NCBI GenBank assembly: GCA_964016885.1
Contig: OZ024753.1
Span: 37,262,001 to 37,326,000 of the forward strand
Source: Eledone cirrhosa
Taxonomy: Eukaryota
Length of the DNA stretch: 64,000 nt
Direction of reading: 5' to 3'
The first letter of the stretch is position 1. Each line of letters opens with the position of its first letter. Under the pieces are notes generated by a model that saw only the letters and a list, made by a program, of their open reading frames with translations, made no database searches and was not told where the DNA came from. The translations under genes and the position numbers were made by a program. Below are positions 14,609 through 30,203 of this stretch, piece by piece.

Positions 14609-14736
14609 ATATATATATATATACATATACATATATATATATATTATTATACGGCTCAGTATTTTATACTTGGAGCTTAATAATTACAGGGTTTCAATTG
14701 GAGTTATTAACTCTAATTTGCATTTATACATATATA

Positions 14737-14773
<37 letters not shown>

Positions 14774-14788
14774 TATATATATATATTA

Positions 14789-14963
<175 letters not shown>

Positions 14964-14994
14964 CAATAATCAAAGTTCAGTTTAAGTCATTTAT

Positions 14995-15043
14995 TTGCTT
15001 ACAATTGTTTCCTCCAAACCGAGGTTTGGATTCTTCGGAGCAA
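14995..15043 (-). ncRNA. Hammerhead with U4C core change, in a microsatellite-flanked insert (14960-15083)
   Basis: Minus: ttgct CCGAAGA a tccaaacc-tc-ggtttgga g GAAA caattg TA agcaa. Confidence 0.7.
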
Positions 15044-15079
15044 CTATTTACTGCTCTATAACATACTTGACCTCCTTAA

Positions 15080-15314
<235 letters not shown>

Positions 15315-15319
15315 CACAC

Positions 15320-15371
<52 letters not shown>

Positions 15372-15399
15372 TATATATATATATAATATATATATATAT

Positions 15400-15534
<135 letters not shown>

Positions 15535-15556
15535 TTATATATATATATATATATAT

Positions 15557-16413
15557 AAGTTGAAAAAAAAATGAAAACGAAATTTCATTTCTCACTCTTA
15601 GTATGGCACTTACTTAAATGTAAGTATGTATGTATACGTACATACATATATGTATACAGACGTACAGTAGCATGCACATATATATAATATACATATATAC
15701 ATACATATGCATACAGGTACACATACATATATGCACGTATCAGTTTAGCGGCGCTAACGTCGCTTTGTTCGTTTGTAAACAAGCTGAACAGCCTGAATTT
15801 ATGCCAATACGGTGTTAAGGCAACCACGTCACCTTTTTGTTCAACACTGACACGGGAACGATGTACTAGTTTCAAGCTTGTTAGCTATCATCAGCACCGT
15901 ATACCCATCTGCCAGATAGTTGAACGTTCGAAAGTATATACTTTCCTTATGAAAATTAACGGCTGAGCAGACTAATTTGCATATTGAGTGAGTTAAATCG
16001 GTCAGGCATACCGAAAACGATAAGTTGAAAAAAATGAAAACGAAATTTCATTTCTCACTCTTAGTATGGCACTTACTTAAATGTAAGTATGTATGTATAC
16101 GTACATACATATATGTATACAGACGTACAGTAGCATGCACATATATATATATATATACATATATACATACATATGCATACAGGTACACATATACATATAT
16201 GCACGTATCAGTTTTAGCGGCGCTAACGTCGCTTTGTTCGTTTGTAAAACAAACTGAACAGCCTGAATTTATGCCATACGGTGTTAAACTGATACGTGCA
16301 TATATGTATGTGTACCTGTATGCATATGTATGTATATATGTATATATATATATATATGTGCATGCTACTGTACGTCTGTATACATATATGTATGTACGTA
16401 TACATACATACTT
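15557..16413 (-). mobile_element. Family F: 465-bp unit in partial tandem plus inverted segment (16287-16413)
   Basis: The unit restarts at 16022; hammerhead in the complete unit; other copies at 11482, 36062, 44488 and 61650. Confidence 0.85.
15858..15900 (-). ncRNA. Minimal type-I hammerhead ribozyme (family F)
   Basis: Minus: acggtg CTGATGA t agct-aaca-agct t GAAA ctag TA catcgt; palindromic ACTAGT. Confidence 0.85.
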
Positions 16414-16465
16414 ATATATATATACATATATATATATATATAATATATATATATATTATATATAA

Positions 16466-16504
<39 letters not shown>

Positions 16505-16510
16505 TACATA

Positions 16511-16643
<133 letters not shown>

Positions 16644-16650
16644 ATATATG

Positions 16651-16970
<320 letters not shown>

Positions 16971-16971
16971 C

Positions 16972-17109
<138 letters not shown>

Positions 17110-17110
17110 C

Positions 17111-17238
<128 letters not shown>

Positions 17239-17264
17239 TATACATATATATATATACATATAAT

Positions 17265-17397
<133 letters not shown>

Positions 17398-17601
17398 CGT
17401 TTCTGAATTTGTTTAGCAAGATTCTTTATCTGAAATCGTGTGTTGAAACCGATATTGTTATACTTTGGGAGGGTCATGTTGCCAATAAGAAACACACGCA
17501 CCAGTTGCTTTCACTTCAATTTATTATATATTTATAAATTTACAAATTTATAAATTTCTGGTTGGTTGGTTGGTTCCACAACCAGATAGTTGTTTATATA
17601 T

Positions 17602-17646
17602 AGTCATAGTTCTTTCGTCACACACTCTGTGACTTCTTCAGTGACT
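17602..17646 (-). ncRNA. Minimal hammerhead in the PLE 3' region
   Basis: Minus: agtca CTGAAGA a gtcaca-gagtg-tgtgac GAAA gaac TA tgact; stem III is imperfect. Confidence 0.75.
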
Positions 17647-17832
17647 GGGGATTCCTTTCTTTGTTTCTGTGCCTCTCCTTTGTTCTGTCCTACGCCATTT
17701 TGTTTCTGTGTGTGTGTTGTGTGCTCAGTCTGCGCATGCGCCACATCCGGGTGTCTGTATTTATCTATTTGTTTATTTACATGTTACTGGTTGGTTGTTT
17801 GTTCTATGTGTGTGTGTGTTTTCATTTTGTCC

Positions 17833-18126
17833 TTAATTGTAAGTTGTGATGTTGCTGTTCCACTCATATTTTCTATTTAATTTTGGTTGTAATTCTTTTA
17901 TGTTTATTGCCTCTGTAATTTGTCTAAACATTGCGTCTTTTCTGTGTGTAGATTCTATTTTTATTTCTATGTTCTCTAATTTACCCTTGTGTTCTATCTT
18001 AGCATGTTGGTAGAGTACAGATGATTCTTTATTATCTTGAAGGTCTCGCCAGTGTTCATTTATCCGTTCCCCTACACTACGAGCTATCTCACCTACGTAC
18101 ACTATATTTTTGTCTCTATTGTCCTT
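17833..18126 (-). pseudogene. PLE GIY-YIG endonuclease, C-terminal half
   Basis: IVYVGEIARSVGERINEH...HAKIEH...RQITEAINIKELQPKLNRKYE matches the YxGxT.R...R..EH, catalytic E and PxLN motifs. Confidence 0.9.
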
Positions 18127-18128
18127 GA

Positions 18129-18338
18129 GTAAAAACACTTATTAGCAAGACATACCCTTTTCAAAGACCCTCATGTATAGATAAGAAATGTGTAACCTGT
18201 AAAATAAGCCCCCATATTAACTGTAAAACTAGAAATGTAGTGTATAGCATAAGATGTACTGAAGGACAATGTAGAGACAAAAATATAGTGTACATAGGTG
18301 AGACAGCTCGTAGTGTAGGGGAACGGATAAATTTCTAA
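18129..18338 (+). pseudogene. PLE Cys-rich linker plus GIY-YIG N-terminal half (inverted; absent from the ORF track)
   Basis: Manual translation: VKTLISKTYPFQRPSCIDKKCVTCKISPHINCKTRNVVYSIRCTEGQCRDKNIVYIGETARSVGERINF*. Confidence 0.9.
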
Positions 18339-18609
18339 TTTCATTTATGCTTTTCATCCCAATTGTTAACTCAACTTAATATGACATAACTTAAGGCTTT
18401 CGTTCTCTCCCTCTCTCTCTATCTCTATATATCTCTCTCTGGGGTTTTTTTTCCCTGTCTGATGGTTTGATATCTCCCCGTTATTTTTCCTCTGTTCTCT
18501 TTTCTTTTTGTTTTCTTCTTTTTCTTTATCTATCTCTCCCTTTCTTTTCTCCACGTTTCTCTCTCTCCATCTTTTTACTCTTAGCACTATGACTTACTAA
18601 AGTAAACAA

Positions 18610-18800
18610 ATCACTATCCTGATGGCCTCCAAAAACAACGGTCAATTTTTAAAAGGGGTACGTCAATGTCTATTTATAAAACTGTTATATATTGTATTTT
18701 GTCTGATGAAGGCATACCATAGTGTAACTTGGTATCCTTGAAATATATATAATGAAATAAATATGGTTTTATAAATATAGTTTCCATTTATTAATATCGT
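18610..18800 (+). mobile_element. Family H copy with hammerhead-like core (18697-18755)
   Basis: CTGATGA agg(c)atacca...tggtatcct t GAAA tata TA; tail shared with the copies at 27852 and 49697. Confidence 0.65.
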
Positions 18801-19112
18801 ATATATATATATATATATATATACATGAGTGTGTGCGTTGTGTTAACACATGCCACCGCATATTTCAATAAACACACACACATATATGTGTGTGTGGTAT
18901 ATAGGAACGCCGCGCAGTATAATTATCATAACAGAGACGATCCTATCCGATCTGTTCGCTCCATTCTTTACGATATCAACAGAAGTGTATCATTTTGCAG
19001 TATATTTACTTCACGGAATATTAGAACCACTACTATGACGGGCCTGGAGTCTCCTGGGTACCACTATCATATCTAATACAGCTACCTTCTGCAACACATT
19101 ATATCAAAATGT

Positions 19113-19303
19113 CGGTGGATTGGCAGTATCGGTGGAAGGTCGGACGCCATGCTTTGTAGCATAGAATTACAGCCCTTTACGTTCTGAGATCAAATCCTGC
19201 CGAAGTTAACTTTGCCTTTCTTCCTTACAAGATCGATAAAATAAAGTACCAGTAATGCACTGGGATAATTGCTGGCCTTGTGCCAAAAGTAGAAACAATT
19301 ATT
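19113..19303 (+). mobile_element. SINE S1
   Basis: A and B boxes, central core and tail present. Confidence 0.9.
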
Positions 19304-19420
19304 TCAACATGTCTTTACAGTAATGTATATATGTATATATATATATGTGTGTGTGTGCTTGCTTCTCTGCCTGTTTCTGCGTTTGTGTGTGTGTGTGTGT
19401 ATGTGTGTGTGTGTGTGTGT

Positions 19421-19476
<56 letters not shown>

Positions 19477-19563
19477 CTCTGTGTGTGAGAGAGCATGTTT
19501 GAATATGTATGTGGATTTGTGTATATGTGTATCTCTGTATATATATAAGTGTGTGTATATAAT

Positions 19564-19629
<66 letters not shown>

Positions 19630-19834
19630 TGTGTGTGTGTATGTATGTGTGTGTATGTGTGTGTATCTGTGTGTGTGTGTGTCATATTTTCAATTGATTG
19701 TTTTCCAAGTGTATGTCAAATAGTTATTTGACGAATCAGAAATATGTACAGGTGTATATACTTACAAAAATATCTATTTGAATATGAATATACCCCCCAC
19801 CCACACACACATATATACATACACACACACGCAC

Positions 19835-19852
19835 ATATATATATATATAAAT

Positions 19853-19883
<31 letters not shown>

Positions 19884-19916
19884 AATATATATAAATATAT
19901 ATAAATATATATAAAT

Positions 19917-19947
<31 letters not shown>

Positions 19948-19968
19948 AATATATATAAATATATATAA

Positions 19969-20033
<65 letters not shown>

Positions 20034-20407
20034 CATAAATAAATATATATATATATATATGCATAAATAAATATATATATATATATATATACATAAATAA
20101 ATATATATATATATATATATATACATAAATAAATAAATATATATATATATATATATACATAAATAAATATACATAAATAAATATATATATATATACATAA
20201 ATAAATATATATATATATAAATATATATATATAAATAAATATATATATAAATATATATATATAAATAAATATATATAAATAAATATATATATAAATAAAT
20301 ATATATAAATAAATATATATAAATAAATATATATATAAATAAATATATATATAAATAAATATATATAAATAAATATATATATAAATAAATATATATATAA
20401 ATAAATT

Positions 20408-20453
<46 letters not shown>

Positions 20454-20528
20454 TATATATAAATATATATATATATATACATAAATAAATAAATATATAT
20501 ATAAATAAATATATATATAAATAAATTT

Positions 20529-20587
<59 letters not shown>

Positions 20588-20638
20588 TATATATAAATAA
20601 ATTTATATATATACATAAATATATATATATATATATAA

Positions 20639-20685
<47 letters not shown>

Positions 20686-20710
20686 AATAAATAAATATAT
20701 ATATAAATAA

Positions 20711-20761
<51 letters not shown>

Positions 20762-20786
20762 AATAAATAAATATATATATAAATAA

Positions 20787-20827
<41 letters not shown>

Positions 20828-20848
20828 AATAAATAAATATATATATAA

Positions 20849-20901
<53 letters not shown>

Positions 20902-20929
20902 AATAAATAAATATATATATAAATAAATA

Positions 20930-20961
<32 letters not shown>

Positions 20962-20991
20962 CATAAATAAATAAATATATATATAAATAAA

Positions 20992-21023
<32 letters not shown>

Positions 21024-21048
21024 CATAAATAAATAAATATATATATAA

Positions 21049-21081
<33 letters not shown>

Positions 21082-21107
21082 AATAAATAAATATATATAT
21101 AAATAAA

Positions 21108-21141
<34 letters not shown>

Positions 21142-21142
21142 C

Positions 21143-21183
<41 letters not shown>

Positions 21184-21208
21184 AATAAATAAATATATAC
21201 ATAAATAA

Positions 21209-21267
<59 letters not shown>

Positions 21268-21312
21268 AATATATATATATATACATAAATATATAAATAA
21301 ATATATATATAT
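19835..21312. repeat. Degenerate (TA)n/(TAAA)n array
   Basis: Direct inspection. Confidence 0.95.
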
Positions 21313-21480
21313 ATGTGTTAATGTGATTATATATATATAATGTGATTAAGAGGAATAGGGCTAGAATATCTTAGACTGATATATATACCCTGATGTGGTT
21401 GACAATTACTAGCATATTGCGTACAATATATACATACATCATCTTTACTCGGTTTGAGTCTTTGAAGGCATTTAGAACGA

Positions 21481-21600
<120 letters not shown>

Positions 21601-21676
21601 TATTTGTATATAAATAGATATGTGCATATATATTTATATAAATATATGTATATATATGTATATATATTTATATAAA

Positions 21677-21707
<31 letters not shown>

Positions 21708-21945
21708 AAATATATGTATATATATATATATATATTTGTATATAAATATATGTGTATAAATATATATATTTATATACATGTATACATATATGTATATATA
21801 TATATATATATATATTTGTATATAAATATATATATTTATATACATATATACATGTATACATATATATATATATACATATATACATATATAAATATGTATA
21901 TATATATACACATATATATACATACACATATATATATACATATAT

Positions 21946-22026
<81 letters not shown>

Positions 22027-22029
<3 letters not shown>

Positions 22030-22241
22030 ATAATAATAAATTTGAAGACTAAAATCCAAAGAGGGCTCGATAAGGATAAATATATATCAAATATATAAGA
22101 ACCGTAGAGCAAATATTTATTAAAATAAGAGATTAAAGTTTAAGCAAAGAATCGCTGCTTTCACCCTTAACGGGATCTTCAGAAGATCCCATTAAGGGTA
22201 AAAGCAGCGATTCTTTGCTTAAACTTTAATCTCTTATTTTA

Positions 22242-22249
<8 letters not shown>
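22027..22249 (-). mobile_element. Fold-back family G, copy 1 (palindrome 22113-22249 centred in the hammerhead core)
   Basis: Axis at 22181; minus strand reads CTGAAGA t ccc-gttaa-ggg t GAAA gcag-cgattct-ttgc TT aaac; two arm mismatches. Confidence 0.85.
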
Positions 22250-22323
<74 letters not shown>

Positions 22324-22514
22324 CTGTGTGTGTGTGTGTGAAATTAGAAATAATCTACCCTTGTCCCCTTCTTCCACTACAACACAACTATATATCATTG
22401 TAGGTTTATAACGGAAGTCATATGAAATATAGTAACATGCTATGGCTCTATATTCCATATCTGTTTCTTTGTTCTGGATCGTTTGAGTAATCCACTAAGC
22501 AGCCGATACAATCT

Positions 22515-22729
22515 TTGCAGTATCGGTAAAGCGTCGGACAACATGTTTTACGGTATATTGCTTACAGCCCTTTACGTTCTGAGTTCACAATCTCGCCGAG
22601 TTTAGCTTTGTCTTTCATAGATACCTTACACCATCGATAAAATAAAGTACCAGTAATACACTGGTGTTGATTTAATCGACTTTTTCCCCATTCCTTTCAA
22701 ATTATTGGTTTTGTGCCAATTGTAGAAAC
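22515..22729 (+). mobile_element. SINE S1, diverged long variant
   Basis: Central core and 3' motifs present. Confidence 0.8.
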
Positions 22730-22766
22730 TCTAATTACATTTTTGAGTTAACAAACAGGCTGGTGA

Positions 22767-23062
22767 CAATGTTGGATTTAAACCTTGTGGGGTCGGGGCA
22801 CTCAGGTTTGGCGTGTGGGGTCCCTTCATGTACAAAAACATAGAATACTCAGCAACCTCTCTCCCCAAATTTACATATCAAAGTTATCTTGGAATTGAAA
22901 AGTAATACATACAGGTATTAATTTCAAACACTCTAACCATCCTAAAACTAAAAGGCTCAGCTGGGGGCACAAATAGATTGTTACGGCCGTCGCTGGTGAG
23001 GCACCACTACAACATAGAGCCCGGGTAAATTTCCCCCTTGGACCCCATTAAATCTGGCCCTG
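22767..23062. mobile_element. hAT-like MITE
   Basis: Degenerate TIRs caatgttggattta / taaatctggccctg; 8-bp flanks gctggtga and gctgttga (7/8 identical) fit a hAT TSD. Confidence 0.6.
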
Positions 23063-24264
23063 GCTGTTGACACTATGAAGGAGTGATGGTAATGGTGCTA
23101 GTGGTGGTGGTTTTGAGGGTGGGGTGAGGTCATTGTTTAAAACTGTTTACGATGATACCCGGTGGCATTTATGTTAAGCGTAGCGCTCAGTAGTAGTAGG
23201 AGAAGGAGGGGGGAGGAGGATTGGTAATGGAGGTGGTGCTGGTAGTTGTGGGGAGGGAGGGAGAGAGTGACGAAAGAAATGATGTAGTGATAGAGTTAAT
23301 GGCTTAAATGTGAAGTACGGTAGTGGGGGTGGATACATGTGAAGTATAGCTATGGTGGTGGTGGTGGTGGGAGGTAAATGTGAATTATAGTGGTGGTGGT
23401 GGTGGTGGTAGGGGGGGGCTAAAATATTTGAAGTAAAAGTTAATAATAGAAGGTAAATAACATAGTAATAGTTATAATGTGTGTGTGTGTGTGTGTTTGG
23501 TTGCGTATGTGTAAGTGCGTGTGTGTGTTTAAGTATGTATTTGTCTGTTTGTGTATGTGTTTCTTTGTGTCCATCTGTACCTATGTGTGTGAGCGTGTCT
23601 GTGTGTCTGTGTGTGTGTATGTGTTTCTTTGTGTATATCTATATCCATGTGTCTATCTGTGTGTGTGTGTATCTATGTGTATATATCTATGTGTGTGTCT
23701 CTCTGTGTATGTGTCAGTGTGTGTATCTCTGTGTGTGTGTCTATGTGCATGTCCCTGTGTGTGTGTAAGAAAATTGGGGATGGATCAGTTATAATGTTTA
23801 CGATTTGGTAGAGAAACACAACCCATTAAAGACATCTTAATGGATAAAGAATGTGTAAAATGGCTGTAAAGTAAAACAGGAGAGACACACAGACACGAGA
23901 AGATTCTACAGAACCAAATTGATATATTCCTCCCCAACACAATAAATAAATAAAATAGGTCTCCTAGGAGAAGGTATGTCCATCTAACTAACCATCCCGC
24001 TAACTAACCATTCATCTACTCATAGGTCCTTAACTCAGAAGAAAATCTGTCCATCTCACTACCCACCTAACTTGCCCCTATTTATCTAACCATCCATGCA
24101 GCTAACCATCTAACCACCCATCTATCTAACCATCCATGTACCATCCATTAACCATCCATATATATATATATATATATAGTGTAGGGATTGTAACATCCAG
24201 TTACTGTAGGTTCACCAAAGTGAGCACTCGATCTAACACCTCGTCCTTTTTATTATTATTAGTA

Positions 24265-24295
<31 letters not shown>

Positions 24296-24301
24296 CTAAA
24301 G

Positions 24302-24408
<107 letters not shown>

Positions 24409-24410
24409 TA

Positions 24411-24887
<477 letters not shown>

Positions 24888-25021
24888 TGTTAGGTAATTC
24901 CGAAGGAAAAGCAAAGGAAAAAGAGTGCTCTATGTATATAACAGAGCTCTGTTCTTTAATTAGAAAGTGAACAACACAAAATATAACTACTCGATTACCA
25001 AAGGTTTCTGGATCTCAGACA

Positions 25022-25092
<71 letters not shown>

Positions 25093-25469
25093 AATGCATG
25101 CATATATCTTTAATTCTCTCTGTTTTTACTGATCGTTCACTTTTTTCAAAATGTAAAACAATACATTCTTAAATATAACCAGGTCGGGTGCCTGAAGTAT
25201 ATTTTAATATAGTGGAAACCCTGAGACAATACGTCATGAATTTTCAAAGGGAAACGAAATATGGTTACATTTGAACTAATCTGTAGACAGCTATGGTGTG
25301 TCAGATTGTTCCAGTTCTTGGTTTCTTGGTTTCTCAAGTATTTCTTTCTTTGTATAATAGTTTTGGTAGAAATAAGATCGTGCCAACTGTTGAGACTTTA
25401 AAAAAAAAACATACCCTTATATATAAAATGTATATGTATATATATATATATGTGTGTGTATGTATGTAA

Positions 25470-25523
<54 letters not shown>

Positions 25524-25642
25524 GTGTGTGTGTGTAGGATATATTACATGCATGTGTGTGTGAGTATTTACAAGCGTCAAATGGCTTCTAGAGCATTACA
25601 TTTAATTGGCGTGACAAACAAATATATATGAGTGCATACATG

Positions 25643-25716
<74 letters not shown>

Positions 25717-25744
25717 CACACTCACAATAATATATATATATATA

Positions 25745-25826
25745 AGTTTATCCCAGGTTCAATCGGGGGTAACCACAGTAAGTAAGGTACTCAATACATA
25801 GCGGAGTATAAATATTTAATATAGAA
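25745..25826 (-). mobile_element. Family C-related 3' tail
   Basis: ggtaaccacagtaagtaaggtactcaataca is identical to about 10880-10910. Confidence 0.8.
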
Positions 25827-25834
25827 ATCGCTTA

Positions 25835-26016
25835 TGGATTGGCAGTATTGGTAGAGGGTCGGACGCCATGCTTTGACGTATAGAGTTACGGTCCTTGCCA
25901 TTTTGAGTTCAAATCCCGCCAAGGTTAACTTTGCTCTTCATCCTTACGGGGTCGATAAAATAAAGTACCAGTAATGCACTGGGTAATTGCTGGCCTTGTG
26001 CCTAACGTAGAAACAA
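25835..26016 (+). mobile_element. SINE S1
   Basis: A and B boxes and central core present. Confidence 0.9.
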
Positions 26017-26022
26017 ATATAT

Positions 26023-26069
<47 letters not shown>

Positions 26070-26073
<4 letters not shown>

Positions 26074-26397
26074 ATAATAATAAATTTGAAGACTAAAATC
26101 CAAAGAGGGCTCGATAAGGATAAATATATATCAAATATATAAGAACCGTAGACCAAATATTTATTAAAATCACAGATTAAAGTTTAAGCAGAGAATCGCT
26201 GCTTTCACTCTTAACGGGATCTTCTGAAACTAACAAAGTCAATCTGTGAACGCAGAAGTGAATATTTCAAAAAACCTTGCAACCGGAGGAAGACAGGAAG
26301 ACGATACTTTGGTTCGTGGAAACGTTCCCTGGCAAAGAACGGGGAAAAAACGAATAACAGCAGCGATTCTTTGCTTAAACTTTAATCTGTTATTTTA

Positions 26398-26405
<8 letters not shown>
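26070..26405 (-). mobile_element. Family G copy 2 with inverted end (about 26359-26405)
   Basis: Hammerhead frame agttt CAGAAGA...GAAA...TT aaact with an altered core. Confidence 0.85.
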
Positions 26406-26461
<56 letters not shown>

Positions 26462-26780
26462 CCACAGCGCTGCTGTTATGGTGGCGGCTCTAAAATTCTC
26501 TGACTTCCATTGTCCGAAATAACAAATGTCTACTGTAGCTTCTACAACAGTGTTGCTACATGTTCCCTTCCATATCTTTCTGTAGGAATTGTCTAAGTCA
26601 CATTCATCAACTTTCCAAATATGAGGTCTGTTCGTCTCGATACGAAGTACAGTTTATGTGTGTTTGTATATTTGTATATGTGTATGTACGTGTGTGTCGT
26701 GTTTGTGTGCGTGTACATGTTTGTCTGTGTGCGTATGTCTATGTTTTATAAGGGTGTGATTGTATATTTTGGTGATTTAT

Positions 26781-26816
<36 letters not shown>

Positions 26817-27164
26817 AGCTTGTGTCTGTGTGTGTACATTATTTACTTCAACATTCAATTCGAAAGCGGCCTAAGATTCGACAGTGTAGTTTCCTGTAAG
26901 CTATAGTGACAATCTTACATTATCGCATAGGGTTTTATCAAATGCTTTCATTTCTCCAATGTTTGTATGCATTGGTATCACATTCCTCCCTGATCGCCTT
27001 TAATTGATGCTATAGACCTCCCAGCTGTCGGCGTGTCCCACCCTTTACTTTAAGCACATACATATGTCAAAGATACGTTTGCCAAGAACCAAACTTTGCA
27101 CCAACTCAGATCAGGTTCCGTACTAGTTTAATCTACTTTAAACAAACAAGTAAAAGCGAGAAGT

Positions 27165-27460
27165 ATCTACATAGTGTCTCAACCTGCTAGAAGACGAAAG
27201 AAAAAACATAACAAGAATGAAAAGCAACCGAATCTCCCACAAATAACGTCCTGGTGTTAGTGATAGTTTCAGATTGCCTCCATTGCTTACAGGATGCTAC
27301 AATATTGTAACTAAGACCGCGTACGTTATGGTCCTACGTGAAAGACACATGTGATGATATAGTCCTAGAAACATTATACTCGAATAAAAGACAGAGGGAT
27401 CAGAGCTAGAATCCATTTGGATCATAGCTATACATAAGCACGACTGAAGTTGGACTAAAA
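27165..27460 (+). repeat. Old dispersed repeat K (also 35860-35950 minus, 39255-39440, 50490-50660)
   Basis: Shared motif acctgctagaaatagcagccaaatctccctcaaatcacacc in degenerate form. Confidence 0.5.
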
Positions 27461-27754
27461 AAGAAAGAGATTTAACCCTTTCATTACCATATTTTTAAAG
27501 AAAATCAGGGCGAATGATTTTCAAAGAGTTACAAAAATGGAAATATTTAGAATTTGGAAATATTTAGAATACTTTCTCGTTATTAAGGGTTTGGAAACCT
27601 CAATAAATAAACTTCCTTATATATACAATTATGATGGATGTTCTGTCTGTGTTGACCAAACTTATCTGAATTTCCTGATGATTTCTAAGGAAACTTATAT
27701 TTCTGTAAAAGATATTTCTATCTGAAACAAATCACACATATATATACACACACG

Positions 27755-28040
<286 letters not shown>

Positions 28041-28061
28041 GTATATATATATATATATATA

Positions 28062-28137
<76 letters not shown>

Positions 28138-28146
28138 CACACACAC

Positions 28147-28193
<47 letters not shown>

Positions 28194-28455
28194 TCTATAT
28201 CTATGAATGGGGCGTGGGAGAAAGAGGCAGAAAGTCGGGAGACGTTACGTTAAATGGTTGACATAAAAAGTTGGCGGTCAGAAGGAAAAACCTTGACATG
28301 TTGATATGGTAAATAATCTCAGTTCTTTGGCTCTTTGGCATTGCAGACTGAAACGTCTGTAGCGGCTGTGACGACGCCAAAAGATTCGCACAGTGGATGT
28401 TGTATCAAAGAAGTGTGAAGAGGAAATAGAACAAGGAATTAGTGTGATGTACGTG

Positions 28456-28487
<32 letters not shown>

Positions 28488-28596
28488 AGTGTGTATACAC
28501 ATATATACATATATACACATATATTTATATATATACATATATACATATATATATATATACATATATACATACATATATATATATATATATACATAC

Positions 28597-28655
<59 letters not shown>

Positions 28656-28693
28656 TACATATATATATATATATATAAATATATATACATACG

Positions 28694-28733
<40 letters not shown>

Positions 28734-28756
28734 CACATATATATATATAAATATAC

Positions 28757-28787
<31 letters not shown>

Positions 28788-29088
28788 ATATACATATATA
28801 TATATATAAATATACATATGTATATATAAATATACACATATATTTATATATATACATATATACATATATATATATATACATATATACATACATATATATA
28901 TATACATACGTATAAATATATATATATATATATATAAATATACATATATATATATATACATATATATATACATATATATATATATATACATACGTATAAA
29001 TATATATATATATATATATGTATATGTGCGTGTGTATGTGTATACATACACGTATGTATATATGTATGTATACATAAATGAATATATA

Positions 29089-29140
<52 letters not shown>

Positions 29141-29915
29141 GGTGTGTGTGTATATGTGTCTGAGTTTGTACGTGTGCATGTATATATATATTATGGAATG
29201 CATATATGAATGTAGGTATGTATGTATGTACGTATATATGCATGTATGTATGTATATAAGTATGCATGCTTGCATGTACATGTATGTATGTATGAGGTTG
29301 TGAATAAAGAGACAAGTTATGCCAAAAATTACTTTCATGCTTCGAGTCACTGACGTGAAAATTCATCAAGAATATATATATACACTCACATACATATAGA
29401 TTCACTCATACACACACATATACGTAATATATATATATATATATGCATATACATGTATTATGCTACGTATATATATATATATAGAGAAAGATAAATATAT
29501 GTGTGTGTGTGTGTGAGTGTGTGTGTTTGTATACATACACACTGACACAATTCCTTTTTTTTTTTACTGGTTTCAGTCATTACATTGAGGCCATGCTGGG
29601 ACATATATCTATGTGTGTGCGTGTGTCTGTGTGTGCGTGTGTGTGTTTCTGTGTCCCTGTGTGTGTGTGTGTATACATGTGTGTGTGTGCGTCCGTGTGA
29701 AGATGAGTACATTTTCAGAAAAAAATTGTCTGAGATATACGTTCTCTGCTAACGTGTTGTATATGTGAGTCGGTTGACTCCCATAAAAACTCTATTATAT
29801 GAATATATAACACATCATGTAAGGTATTTTGTGGCAATGAATATGTCTTTAATAACTCTCTTTGATGATCATTCACCGGTTCCCATTCAGTAATATCTCC
29901 CTTTCTCTTTCCTGC

Positions 29916-29982
<67 letters not shown>

Positions 29983-30203
29983 GTGAGTGTCTGTGGATGC
30001 GTGGGCGTGTGTAAGAATTCATGTATGTATTATAATGTATGCATAAGTATGTATATAGAGAGAAACCTGTATGTACGATATATAAATGTTATAAATATAT
30101 ATATATACAATATATATATATATATTTATTTATATATATATACATATATACATATGTATATGTATATATATATATATGTTTATACATATGTATATATGTA
30201 TAT

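Noticed and set aside
27670-27710. ttcCTGATGAtttctaagGAAAc resembling the family C ribozyme
   Set aside because: Stems II and III cannot both form; at best a decayed relic.
28333-28425. Candidate terminal exon (ttgcag|[23 protein letters not shown])
   Set aside because: The acceptor is plausible but there are no partner exons or recognisable homology; needs RNA-seq.
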